DNA of 44,597 bases, from positions 1-44,597 of the IMG/VR virus record IMGVR_UViG_3300029996_000048, one strand, 5' to 3'. The position numbers and the translations under genes are program-made. Shown piece by piece: positions 8,064 through 15,588 of the stretch. The DNA is from a virus. Positions within the stretch are counted from its first letter, which is position 1. Every line of letters starts with the position of its first letter. The notes under the pieces are model-generated. The model saw only the letters and a program-made list of their open reading frames with translations, had not been told where the DNA came from and ran no database searches.

Positions 8064-8713
8064 AGGCTTCCCTCCGTGTTGCCGTAGTCGTAGTGATACC
8101 CTCTGCCGCTCTCGGGTAGCTCATCGTCCCACCGGCCTTGATTCAGCCATGTAGCGGGGTGTGGAATAAACTGCCCGTTGTTCTGCGTCCATTGGTCGCT
8201 GCACTTCTGCCGCTCCACTGCGGTCACAAGTGTTTCGAGTGGGACTTTGACCCGCTCGAAAGCTCTCTTAGCAGACTGTTTCCCGATTTTTCGCGGGTAA
8301 ACTGACCAAAAACGCTCGAATGCGTACCTCGTAGAGGGGGATTCAGAGGGTATATCGTTTTCTGTCTTATGTTCTTCGTCTTCTGTCTTATGTCTTATGT
8401 TATTAGTAGGCTTACATTTGCTTGCATTTGCTTGCGTTTGCTTACATTTGCTTGCATTTGCTTTTGGTGCTCTGCCGCCAGCCGCTCCATTCTGAGCCAG
8501 CGCATCAGATTTTTGAGCGTCACGGTCAACGACCGACTTAAATACCGGAAATAAAAGGGATTCTCTCCCGAGGTTGTCTGGAATTTCACCCGACCTGGCA
8601 TATTCTAAAATCGCAACAAACAGACGGCCTTTTTCGTCATCTTCCAGTGCTGCTGTTTGCTCGATCCAGTCGTAATATGCCTTTACATAGCACCTTGTAG
8701 ATGCAGCTCCCAT
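8060..8713 (-). CDS. replication organiser/initiator-like protein (DUF6291-like N-terminus plus FERFW...YPRK...ATWLNQGRWDDE C-terminus)
   Basis: Remembered phage replisome-organiser motifs at both ends. The low-complexity linker is encoded by iteron-like DNA. Confidence 0.6.
   Translation of the reverse strand: MGAASTRCYVKAYYDWIEQTAALEDDEKGRLFVAILEYARSGEIPDNLGRESLLFPVFKSVVDRDAQKSDALAQNGAAGGRAPKANASKCKQTQANASKCKPTNNIRHKTEDEEHKTENDIPSESPSTRYAFERFWSVYPRKIGKQSAKRAFERVKVPLETLVTAVERQKCSDQWTQNNGQFIPHPATWLNQGRWDDELPESGRGYHYDYGNTEGSL
8361..8463. repeat. iteron array, candidate origin of replication
   Basis: TGTCTTATG occurs 3 times (8363-8399), then five 10-bp units CTT(A/G)C(A/G)TTTG in phase at 8411-8460. 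cttacatttgcttgcatttgctt recurs with a 30-bp period. Confidence 0.55.
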
Positions 8714-8725
8714 ACCGCCACCGCC

Positions 8726-9136
8726 TTAAAACGGCAGCTCGCCGTCGTCCTCGCTGACCTCTGCAAAGCCGCCTGCGGCGCTCTCTGCGGCGTATTGCGG
8801 CGCGGTGGTATCATTCCCCTCCGAGCGCCTGTTGTCTGCGAAATACACGCTGTCAGCCTGCACCTCGTAGCTCCTGCGCTTGTTGCCGTTCTTGTCCGTC
8901 CAGTCGCGCATCTGCAAGCGCCCTTCGACGCCGATCATGCGACCTTTATCAGCGTAGTTGCAGAGCACTTCTGCCGTGCCGCGCCATGCGACAATGTCGA
9001 TCCAGTCTGTGCCGCCCTCCTTGCCGTTGCGGTCAACGGCAAGAGGGAACGACACAACGGATACGCCGCTGTTCGTCTTTTTCAGCTCCAAGTCACGCCC
9101 GATGCGTCCCATCAGGCACACGCGATTCATGCTCAC
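8726..9136 (-). CDS. ssb: single-stranded DNA-binding protein
   Basis: OB-fold N-terminus MNRVCLMGRIGRDLELK and acidic tail DDGELPF. Confidence 0.85.
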   Translation of the reverse strand: MSMNRVCLMGRIGRDLELKKTNSGVSVVSFPLAVDRNGKEGGTDWIDIVAWRGTAEVLCNYADKGRMIGVEGRLQMRDWTDKNGNKRRSYEVQADSVYFADNRRSEGNDTTAPQYAAESAAGGFAEVSEDDGELPF

Positions 9137-9993
9137 TGTGCGTCACCGTCGCTTTCGATGACCTCGCCGGTCGTCTCATCCACGGTGTAGTTGGCGTCAA
9201 TTGTTTCCTCTTCCTGCGCATCTGCGGCGATCACGTCGGCGAGTTGTTTTCCCGCGCCGCGCGTCTGGTAGTCGATGGACATAACACCCCATTTTCCAAT
9301 CAAAACGCGGTAGACAGTCTTGCGCGCCATAGCGTCCCAATCATCGCGCCAGCCCTTGCCCTGATATTCACCTTTTCGGAATTTCTTTTCATGTGCGGTG
9401 ATGGCCTTGACGCTCATGTAAACTGTCTTTTCGGCCCCATTGATAAGACGGTAATACCCGACGTATCCGATGACAGGAAGTGCCTCGCGCGCGTCCTCGT
9501 CCTCCACGAAATCAATGTCAACCTCTTCGGTCAGACGGTTGTAACTCTTCAATTCGCCCTCACGCACGTCCACGACGTTTATGGTCTTATATGCACCCGT
9601 GCGAAGTGCAAGCTGGTGCATACCTTTCCAGCCGAGAATGAATGTCGCTTCCATCTTTTTTGCGCCAATATCCTTCTTGTAGTTCTTGAATGGCGCAATG
9701 AAGGCATAGCCCAAACTCGGGTCGATGGGGAGATCAAACATCGCCGCTTTCAACGCGGACTGAATGACCGTCATCGGGGATTCATAAAAGGCTTGCTGCA
9801 AATTCTTGTCTGCATTGACCATCGAAACGATGGACGAAATAAACTGCGGCGCGCGCTTGCCAAGCAACTCGTCAAAGCGCTTGCGCATGCCGTCGCGGTC
9901 AAGCAGATCGTTCAACAACGCCATGACGGATACCTGCTTCTGCTGCGGTGCTTTTTGCATCGCCTGCGCGTTCTGAATCAATCCTTCCTTCAT
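9133..9993 (-). CDS. recT: RecT-family single-strand annealing recombinase
   Basis: RecT-like sequence, and position between the YqaJ exonuclease and SSB. Confidence 0.8.
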   Translation of the reverse strand: MKEGLIQNAQAMQKAPQQKQVSVMALLNDLLDRDGMRKRFDELLGKRAPQFISSIVSMVNADKNLQQAFYESPMTVIQSALKAAMFDLPIDPSLGYAFIAPFKNYKKDIGAKKMEATFILGWKGMHQLALRTGAYKTINVVDVREGELKSYNRLTEEVDIDFVEDEDAREALPVIGYVGYYRLINGAEKTVYMSVKAITAHEKKFRKGEYQGKGWRDDWDAMARKTVYRVLIGKWGVMSIDYQTRGAGKQLADVIAADAQEEETIDANYTVDETTGEVIESDGDAQ

Positions 9994-10976
9994 CTTTCTT
10001 TGTCCTCCTTCACCGCAAATTTGCGGAAATTTGTCGTTTTGTAGTAGCCGCTCAGATCCATTTCGGGGTGATCCTTTGCAAACGCCCTCGCGTCGAACGT
10101 CTGGCGGCTCTGCCCCTTCCAGTCGACCGTGAAGCGCCCGCAGTATCCGCGCTCATTGTCACCAAGGTCGTTCATGAGCTGCTGCTTGATGGCGTCCGCG
10201 CCCTTCTCGATGGCTTTCTTGCGGCTCATCAAGTACTGGTACTGCTCGACAAGCCTCTCGCGCCCGAACAGCTCAACTTCACCGCCGCCTCCCTCGTAGA
10301 TGGTCTCAAGCGCCTCGGTCGTGCTCGCATCACCGTCCATCGGCGGCGGGCTGTCAGCCTCCACGTAGTCGTGCCAGAAGTCCGCGGCGCAGCGTTTCAA
10401 CGCTGCAATCTCGTCGGGGCTGACATACACGCTGCTCTCGCACCATCCGGGAACATAGTCATCGGGGACGGTCGTGATCTGGTAGCAATAAAAGCCCTTG
10501 CCCAGCACCAGCGCCGCCAAGAACCAGCGTTCCCAGCCCGTTACGGCGAGATACGTCACGCACTGCGCATAGTAGCTCTCGGGGAAATCCCCACCCTCAT
10601 AGCGCTTGAGATTCAGCGCGCTTGCCGTCTTGCACTCAAGCCCGGAGCTTTCGCCAAGGATCTGCCGGTCGATGTTAGCGTGCAGATGAGGGCAGTCCTC
10701 GCGGCGCAGCAGGTAATTCATGCGGCGCACGCTCTTGCGGCTCGCCTCTTCAAAGCGGCTTGCCACATACGGCTCAAGGTCGCGCCCGACGCGCATCGCC
10801 TCGTTTTCCGGCTCTTCGCCGATCCTGCCGGTCTTCTCCGCCCATACCGTATAAGGCGAACGGTAGCGGTTTAGCCCCAGCACGGCGCCCATGTCGCTGC
10901 CGCCGAGGCTCTTCTTGCGCTCTTCAAGCCAGTCTTCGCGGCTCATCCCGAGCGTCGATATCTTCTGCATCTTCAT
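9990..10976 (-). CDS. YqaJ/lambda-Exo-like recombination exonuclease
   Basis: RSEDWLEERKKSLGGSDMGAVLGLNRYRSPYTVW is the YqaJ N-terminal signature. Paired with RecT. Confidence 0.8.
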   Translation of the reverse strand: MKMQKISTLGMSREDWLEERKKSLGGSDMGAVLGLNRYRSPYTVWAEKTGRIGEEPENEAMRVGRDLEPYVASRFEEASRKSVRRMNYLLRREDCPHLHANIDRQILGESSGLECKTASALNLKRYEGGDFPESYYAQCVTYLAVTGWERWFLAALVLGKGFYCYQITTVPDDYVPGWCESSVYVSPDEIAALKRCAADFWHDYVEADSPPPMDGDASTTEALETIYEGGGGEVELFGRERLVEQYQYLMSRKKAIEKGADAIKQQLMNDLGDNERGYCGRFTVDWKGQSRQTFDARAFAKDHPEMDLSGYYKTTNFRKFAVKEDKER

Positions 10977-11127
10977 CTTTTGTTACCTCGATGTCTTCCA
11001 CCCCGCAGAAGGGGCAGCATAGTATCGTTTGCGTCTCCACGCCGCGCTCACCGTCAAGGTTCTCGCGCCTGCGCAAGACGTCGGGCTCGTCAAAGGTCAG
11101 CCCGCACCATTCGCAGCGGTACATCAC
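10924..11127 (-). CDS. small zinc-ribbon protein
   Basis: CEWCG...CCPFCG pairs with an acidic tail. Start is GTG 11127 or ATG 11124. Confidence 0.5.
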   Translation of the reverse strand: MMYRCEWCGLTFDEPDVLRRRENLDGERGVETQTILCCPFCGVEDIEVTKDEDAEDIDARDEPRRLA

Positions 11128-11240
11128 ATCATCGCCGAGACCGCGATGAGCACCGCCGCCAGCAGCAGGCAGATACCGGCAAAAAGCATCGCCTCATCCG
11201 CCTTGCGCTGCTCTCTCGTGCGCTTGTCGTGCCGTCTCAT
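11124..11240 (-). CDS. micro-ORF, 38-aa single-pass membrane peptide (not in ORF track)
   Basis: MRRHDKRTREQRKADEAMLFAGICLLLAAVLIAVSAMM. ATGA overlap with the upstream gene, and its stop overlaps the next start. Confidence 0.4.
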   Translation of the reverse strand: MRRHDKRTREQRKADEAMLFAGICLLLAAVLIAVSAMM

Positions 11241-11392
11241 CGTCTGCACCCCCTGTCGATATACGGCAGCAGCTCATACAGCGCCTTGCACACCGCGCAT
11301 GCGCCGATGACGGCGAGGGAGGTTGCAAAGTCGCAGCCGTTCAGCGCGATCACCGCAGCGGCGATGCCGCCGAAAAACAACGTGTCGATCAT
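11237..11392 (-). CDS. micro-ORF, 51-aa hydrophobic Cys-rich peptide (not in ORF track)
   Basis: MIDTLFFGGIAAAVIALNGCDFATSLAVIGACAVCKALYELLPYIDRGCRR. GGTGGAGG RBS, ATGA overlap on both sides. Confidence 0.45.
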   Translation of the reverse strand: MIDTLFFGGIAAAVIALNGCDFATSLAVIGACAVCKALYELLPYIDRGCRR

Positions 11393-11598
11393 GCCTCCAC
11401 CTCATATCCAAGAAATTTCAGGAACGAAAGCCGCGGGATGACCGTGATCGTTCCGATGCGGCTGACCGGAAATCCGAGCTGTTCGGGGTGGTCTTTCGCC
11501 GCAATGCTGATCGAATAGGGCTTCCGCCCGAGTACCGGCGCGATATCCGCCGGTGTCAGCACCGGCTTGTCCGATGCAAGCATTTCTTCCACCGTCAT
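11389..11598 (-). CDS. putative excisionase-like/HTH_17-like DNA-binding protein
   Basis: 69 aa. The pattern VLTPADIAPVLGRKPYSISIAA...IPRLSFLKFL resembles MerR/Xis-type winged HTH. Confidence 0.35.
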   Translation of the reverse strand: MTVEEMLASDKPVLTPADIAPVLGRKPYSISIAAKDHPEQLGFPVSRIGTITVIPRLSFLKFLGYEVEA

Positions 11599-11831
11599 GT
11601 GCGTTCCTCCTTGCTGTCCAATGCCGCTTGAGCTTCACAGCACAATTCCTCTTCCACGCGCCGTAACGCCATTTCAATCTGAATCAGTGCCCCGTAAAAC
11701 CGGCAGTCTCCGGTCTCAGAGAGTTCGCCTTCTTGAATTGCCCCTGCGATGCAGAGGGACAGTGTGTCGGTCACACCAGAAAGATCACACCCTATGGAAT
11801 CGACTTTACCGGCAAACTCATTTATGCTCAT
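11595..11831 (-). CDS. hypothetical protein
   Basis: 78-aa ORF, ATGA-coupled in the operon. Confidence 0.5.
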   Translation of the reverse strand: MSINEFAGKVDSIGCDLSGVTDTLSLCIAGAIQEGELSETGDCRFYGALIQIEMALRRVEEELCCEAQAALDSKEERT

Positions 11832-12562
11832 TTGCGTGTTCCTTCCTCTCCAAGAAACTTCTGGATGAAATACTGCTGGCCTTTGCCGGTGACTTTCGTG
11901 GTCTTGCTCACCGTCACCGTACCGTCAGAATGGGTGATTGCCGTTTCCTTAACGGTGAAAAGCCCCAAGTCCATTGATTTTTGTGTTGGCATATTGAAGT
12001 CCGTGCCGTTCCGGCGAATCAGATAGCCGTTTTCGCGCATCCAACGGAACAGTCGGTGCTGCCCGATGTCAACGCCGTTTTGTTTCAGCAGCTTCGCCAG
12101 CTCGCCGACGAGGATCGAAGTCTTGCTTGCGCTGACCGCATCGGCAAAAAGCACCTTCGGCGCGTCGGCCTCGACCTTGCTTTCAAGCCGCTTGAGCTTG
12201 TCCCCTGCGATTTGCAGCGCGCGGGCCATGACTTTCTCCGGGCTGTTCCAGTCCTTTTCGATTTGAAGAAAATACTGGCGAGCCTGCTTGCCCTTTTCAT
12301 TGCGCTGGATCATGCAAAGCTCTTTCGCCATGTCGATGGTGAGCACTGCGTCGTCAACCGTTCGAGCAACCATGCGCTCACCCTCGTTTTGAACTCGCTC
12401 AATTTTGAGCGGGTTGAAATCTTCGCCCTCGGTGAACCCGTACTCGCACATTCTCGGGAACCAGTCTTTATAAGCCGTCTTCACTTCGAGAAAATCGTGC
12501 AGGTCTCGCGCAGAGACAGCAGGGCGGTCATTGTTGTAAGTGATCTTGATTAGCTCGTTCAT
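11828..12562 (-). CDS. phage antirepressor (AntA/Bro-N-like N-terminus plus KilAC-like C-terminus)
   Basis: VSARDLHDFLEVKTAYKDWFPRMCEYGFTEGEDF and LFADAVSASKTSILVGELAKLLKQNGVDIGQHRLFRWMRENGYL are classic antirepressor motifs. Confidence 0.8.
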   Translation of the reverse strand: MNELIKITYNNDRPAVSARDLHDFLEVKTAYKDWFPRMCEYGFTEGEDFNPLKIERVQNEGERMVARTVDDAVLTIDMAKELCMIQRNEKGKQARQYFLQIEKDWNSPEKVMARALQIAGDKLKRLESKVEADAPKVLFADAVSASKTSILVGELAKLLKQNGVDIGQHRLFRWMRENGYLIRRNGTDFNMPTQKSMDLGLFTVKETAITHSDGTVTVSKTTKVTGKGQQYFIQKFLGEEGTRK

Positions 12563-12762
12563 GTGTCCTCCTTACCCGTAAGCGCTTCTTCCTTTACCTT
12601 GAAGTGCTTGGCAAGCCGTTTGATGTGGCGCGGGTGCGGGTAGCAAGCGCCATCTTTCCAGCTCTTGATCGACGTCTGCGAGACATCGATCTCTTTCGCA
12701 AGACGATAATTCGTCTCGCCGCGCTCAGCCTGTAGCCGAGCAAGGTTTTCAGGGAACCCCAT
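12559..12762 (-). CDS. Cro-like XRE HTH regulator (first gene of the early operon)
   Basis: GGAGG lies 8 nt before the ATG at 12762. MGFPENLARLQAERGETNYRLAKEIDVSQTSIKSWKDG. Divergent from the CI-like gene. Confidence 0.75.
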   Translation of the reverse strand: MGFPENLARLQAERGETNYRLAKEIDVSQTSIKSWKDGACYPHPRHIKRLAKHFKVKEEALTGKEDT

Positions 12763-12791
12763 CTTTTTCGCCTCCAAATTTGATTAAAATG

Positions 12792-12820
12792 TTGACAAAT
12801 TGGAGCATTGGTGTTACTCT
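12792..12820 (+). promoter_or_regulatory. sigma-70-like promoter TTGACA-17-TACTCT with TG extension, pointing toward the CI-like gene
   Basis: Direct reading: TTGACA at 12792-12797, TACTCT at 12815-12820, TG at 12812-12813. Confidence 0.5.
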
Positions 12821-12900
12821 AAGTTTTGCTACAAACATTGATTCGCGCCAGCTCGATTTGTCGGGGTGGTCTGGTTTCTTATTACCTGTCCACGAATCTA

Positions 12901-12929
12901 ATTATAGTCGAAGTTAGACCATTAGTCAA
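12901..12929 (-). promoter_or_regulatory. strong sigma-70-like early (lytic) promoter TTGACT-17-TATAAT
   Basis: The reverse complement of 12924-12929 is TTGACT and of 12901-12906 is TATAAT, with an exact 17-nt spacer. Confidence 0.65.
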
Positions 12930-12965
12930 CCTAAATTAGACCGTCAAAATAACCTAAGTTAGACT
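12909..12965. promoter_or_regulatory. three operator-like repeats c(T/G)AA(G/A)TTAGAC(C/T) spaced 22-23 bp
   Basis: cgaagttagacc at 12909-12920, ctaaattagacc at 12931-12942, ctaagttagact at 12954-12965. Each holds the palindrome CTAA-N-TTAG (the first is imperfect). Confidence 0.65.
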
Positions 12966-12974
12966 GTGATTTTT

Positions 12975-13328
12975 ATGGGATTTGCCAGAAATTTTAACTA
13001 TTGCATGGATAGCGCAAGATACTCTTCGTATCGATTTGCTAAAATACTTGGTGTAAACTTACAAAGCGTTTCTAACTGGAAAAACGGCGTAGTTGTTCCG
13101 CACCCAAAGACCCGCCAGAAGATCGCCGACCATTTCGGCATCACGCTTGCCGAGTTGGACGGCGACGAGCTTCCCGCCCTCCCGAAGCAGGGCGCAGAAA
13201 AAGAGACCGCCGTCCCGAAGAACGACGGTTTAAACTATACCGATTTTGAATTGTTGCAGGCGTACCACGTTGCGGACGCCCGCACAAAAGAGGCGATCCG
13301 CACGCTGCTTGGGATCAAGGGGGAATAA
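12975..13328 (+). CDS. CI-like XRE HTH repressor
   Basis: YRFAKILGVNLQSVSNWKNG is an HTH pattern. Divergent from the cro-like gene. No SD sequence; start is ATG 12975 or GTG 12966, and the mRNA may be leaderless. Confidence 0.7.
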   Translation: MGFARNFNYCMDSARYSSYRFAKILGVNLQSVSNWKNGVVVPHPKTRQKIADHFGITLAELDGDELPALPKQGAEKETAVPKNDGLNYTDFELLQAYHVADARTKEAIRTLLGIKGE

Positions 13329-13330
13329 GT

Positions 13331-13699
13331 ATGTCTGAATTTAACGTTCTAAAAGCCCTCTCCGAGAGTGGCGGCGAAATGGAATGGTCGGCGCTGATGA
13401 ATACTGACAAATCCGTGCAGGAGACGTCCGGTTCATTGCAACTGCTACTGCACAGCGGGTATATCTCTGGGTCGCTTGCCCCGTATTCGTCAGTTAAAAT
13501 CACCCCCATCGGGCGGGCTTATTACTCAAAGTTAAGCGCAGAACATGAGGAGAAGCGCCGCGAACAAAAGTACATCCGTGAAGAAAATGCAAAAATGGAA
13601 CACCATGCTATTGTCAACAAATGGGTATCCTTTGCATCGATGCTCTTCGCTGGCGGCTCTCTTCTGCTGGGGATATTGGCAGCATTCAAACTCATTTAA
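13331..13699 (+). CDS. membrane-anchored protein with winged-helix-like N-terminal domain
   Basis: GGGGGA RBS, 122 aa, C-terminal TM WVSFASMLFAGGSLLLGILAAFKLI. Confidence 0.6.
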   Translation: MSEFNVLKALSESGGEMEWSALMNTDKSVQETSGSLQLLLHSGYISGSLAPYSSVKITPIGRAYYSKLSAEHEEKRREQKYIREENAKMEHHAIVNKWVSFASMLFAGGSLLLGILAAFKLI

Positions 13700-13795
13700 C
13701 CTGTCTTTCATTTTACGCAGTTTGATTTGCCCGAGAACAGCCCACACGCTAAAGAACATGGATAATGCTGTGCAAATGCAAAATAAAATCTTCAT
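13532..13795 (-). CDS. possible small membrane protein, convergently overlapping 13331..13699
   Basis: ATGA coupling to the 44-aa ORF upstream, and N-terminal TM ILFCICTALSMFFSVWAVLG. The distal 168 nt are antisense to a better-looking gene, so the extent is doubtful. Confidence 0.25.
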   Translation of the reverse strand: MKILFCICTALSMFFSVWAVLGQIKLRKMKDRLNEFECCQYPQQKRAASEEHRCKGYPFVDNSMVFHFCIFFTDVLLFAALLLMFCA

Positions 13796-13926
13796 CTTTT
13801 TGCTCCTTTCAGCAGTTCAATGACTGCTCTCCGCTTTTCTGCATCTTGAATCGCCTCGAGGAATGCGCGGTCTTCTGCAGTAATATTATCGGCGTTGGCT
13901 TTTGCGTCTTGATATAAGCGTTGCAT
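13792..13926 (-). CDS. micro-ORF, 44-aa helical protein (not in ORF track)
   Basis: GGAGG lies 8 nt upstream of the ATG at 13926. MQRLYQDAKANADNITAEDRAFLEAIQDAEKRRAVIELLKGAKR. Confidence 0.45.
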   Translation of the reverse strand: MQRLYQDAKANADNITAEDRAFLEAIQDAEKRRAVIELLKGAKR

Positions 13927-14015
13927 CTATGTATCCTCCGTTCAAGTTGTTTCACCTATTATCTCTCATAAGCTCATGGCTTCAACATAGAAAATAGTAT
14001 TAGGAGGTCTTGCGC

Positions 14016-14966
14016 GTGGGATTGTATACCGACCCGAATTATTTTGAAAAGCAAGCGCACTACCAGCACCGCAAAGTAAAGAAAGTCATTAAGGCGGTGT
14101 CCTATAAGTCAAAGCAGCCTGCCCCTGATGAGGCGGTATCAGAAGCCTCGACGCAGGTTGATCCGGAATCCGCCTCACGCGATATCCATGATCATTCCGT
14201 TGAACCAACAGTTGATGAATTTGACGAATCTCCCGACTTAACGCAAATGACGCAAGAAGAATACGACGCGTTCATGATGGGAATGACCGTCGAGCAATAC
14301 CGCGTCTATCGGCAGATGGTTTTAGAAAACGAATCCAAGAGAAACAGGCGAAAGCGGATCAGCAGAAAGCAGCGCTCTCCGGAAGTTGATATCCTGTTGG
14401 TAGCATTAAAGCCGCTGCTTTTCGCAGCCGTCATCTGCGGTATCATCTGGGTTTCAATTGAAAGTTCCGGGCCATTGAACGAGTCCGACATGAATGATTC
14501 TCCGCCAGTAAAGCCTCCAACTGAAACGGTTAGTAGTGGAGGCGGCAGTCTCGTCCCACTGCAACCTGTGAGCTTTCGCAATGGGCAGATTGTCACATAC
14601 CCGTCCGGCGATCAGGTCGCACCTTTGACAGTGCAAACCGCTGGAGATTCCAATTTCTATATCGTGTTAAAACCAATCGACGGAGAGGCAATATCCAACG
14701 GGGCAATGTCTTTCCTCGTGTCGGCAAGAAGTGCCGAAGTAGATGTGCCGCTCGGCACATACGCGATCTATTATGCGTATGGTCCGGACTGGTACGGAAA
14801 AGAGTATAAGTTTGGAGAAAGCACCGAGTATTTCAAATGCAACGAAACGTTTGAATTCACCGCAGATGACGAAATGGTTTACGGGTGGACGCTAACTCTC
14901 TATAAAGTATCCAACGGGAATATGAGCACCGATGAAGTGTCGAAAGATTATTTCCCGGATATTTAA
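14016..14966 (+). CDS. single-pass membrane protein with about 170-aa extracytoplasmic C-terminal domain (candidate superinfection-exclusion or surface protein)
   Basis: AGGAGG lies 8 nt before the GTG at 14016. TM ILLVALKPLLFAAVICGIIWVSI. Followed by two terminators. Confidence 0.6.
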   Translation: MGLYTDPNYFEKQAHYQHRKVKKVIKAVSYKSKQPAPDEAVSEASTQVDPESASRDIHDHSVEPTVDEFDESPDLTQMTQEEYDAFMMGMTVEQYRVYRQMVLENESKRNRRKRISRKQRSPEVDILLVALKPLLFAAVICGIIWVSIESSGPLNESDMNDSPPVKPPTETVSSGGGSLVPLQPVSFRNGQIVTYPSGDQVAPLTVQTAGDSNFYIVLKPIDGEAISNGAMSFLVSARSAEVDVPLGTYAIYYAYGPDWYGKEYKFGESTEYFKCNETFEFTADDEMVYGWTLTLYKVSNGNMSTDEVSKDYFPDI

Positions 14967-14969
14967 GCA

Positions 14970-15008
14970 AAGCCCTCGCCGCCTCTGCAACACCGGCGAG
15001 GGCTTTTC
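14970..15008 (+). terminator. rho-independent terminator
   Basis: AAGCCCTCGCCG...CGGCGAGGGCTT followed by TTT. Confidence 0.75.
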
Positions 15009-15011
15009 AGC

Positions 15012-15044
15012 AGCAGCGGGGAGCGGTCGCCGCTGCTTGTTTTG
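15012..15044 (+). terminator. second tandem terminator
   Basis: AGCAGCGG...CCGCTGCT followed by TGTTTT. Confidence 0.55.
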
Positions 15045-15173
15045 ACCATATCGCGCTTTACCTTACCACTTCAATACCAAGACTTTGCAACACGACGGCA
15101 TTCGACCGCGTTCGACAGACCCACTTTTGGCACCCCAAACGGGCAGAAACCGGAAAAAGTTAAGGTGATGTAA

Positions 15174-15587
15174 ATGAACATTCAAGAACTGTGTAGAATC
15201 CGTAAAGAAGAACTGAAACTGACCTATCAGGACATTTCCGACGCTTCCGGCGTGCCGCTGTCCACCGTCCAGAACTTCTTTTCCAAGCTGTCGAAAGCTC
15301 CGTCCATCTATACCGTCGCGCCGATCTGCAAGGTGCTCGGCATATCCCTTGACGAAATATTCGGAATTACCGAACACTTGACGCCGACCGAGGAAACCTT
15401 GCAGGCGCGCAACGATGAGCTGGAACGCCACGTTGACGCAAAGGCTGATACCATTGAGATCATGCGGCGCGGTGTTCGTATCCGCAACGGCGTGATTGCT
15501 ATAATGTTCCTCATCATCGTTTTTCTCACTGTGTGGTGCGTGTACATTGATTTTCATTGTATAGATTACGGATTTTGGAGGGGCTGA
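15174..15587 (+). CDS. membrane-tethered XRE HTH protein
   Basis: N-terminal HTH (LTYQDISDASGVPLSTVQNFFSK), a coiled linker, and C-terminal TM GVIAIMFLIIVFLTVWCVYI. The stop lies 1 nt before the integrase ATG. Confidence 0.65.
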   Translation: MNIQELCRIRKEELKLTYQDISDASGVPLSTVQNFFSKLSKAPSIYTVAPICKVLGISLDEIFGITEHLTPTEETLQARNDELERHVDAKADTIEIMRRGVRIRNGVIAIMFLIIVFLTVWCVYIDFHCIDYGFWRG

Positions 15588-15588
15588 C

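Noticed and set aside
8411-8460. Short regularly spaced repeats that could be mistaken for a mini CRISPR array
   Set aside because: The units are contiguous 10-mers with no spacers, lie inside a coding linker, and no cas genes are present. They are interpreted as iterons instead.
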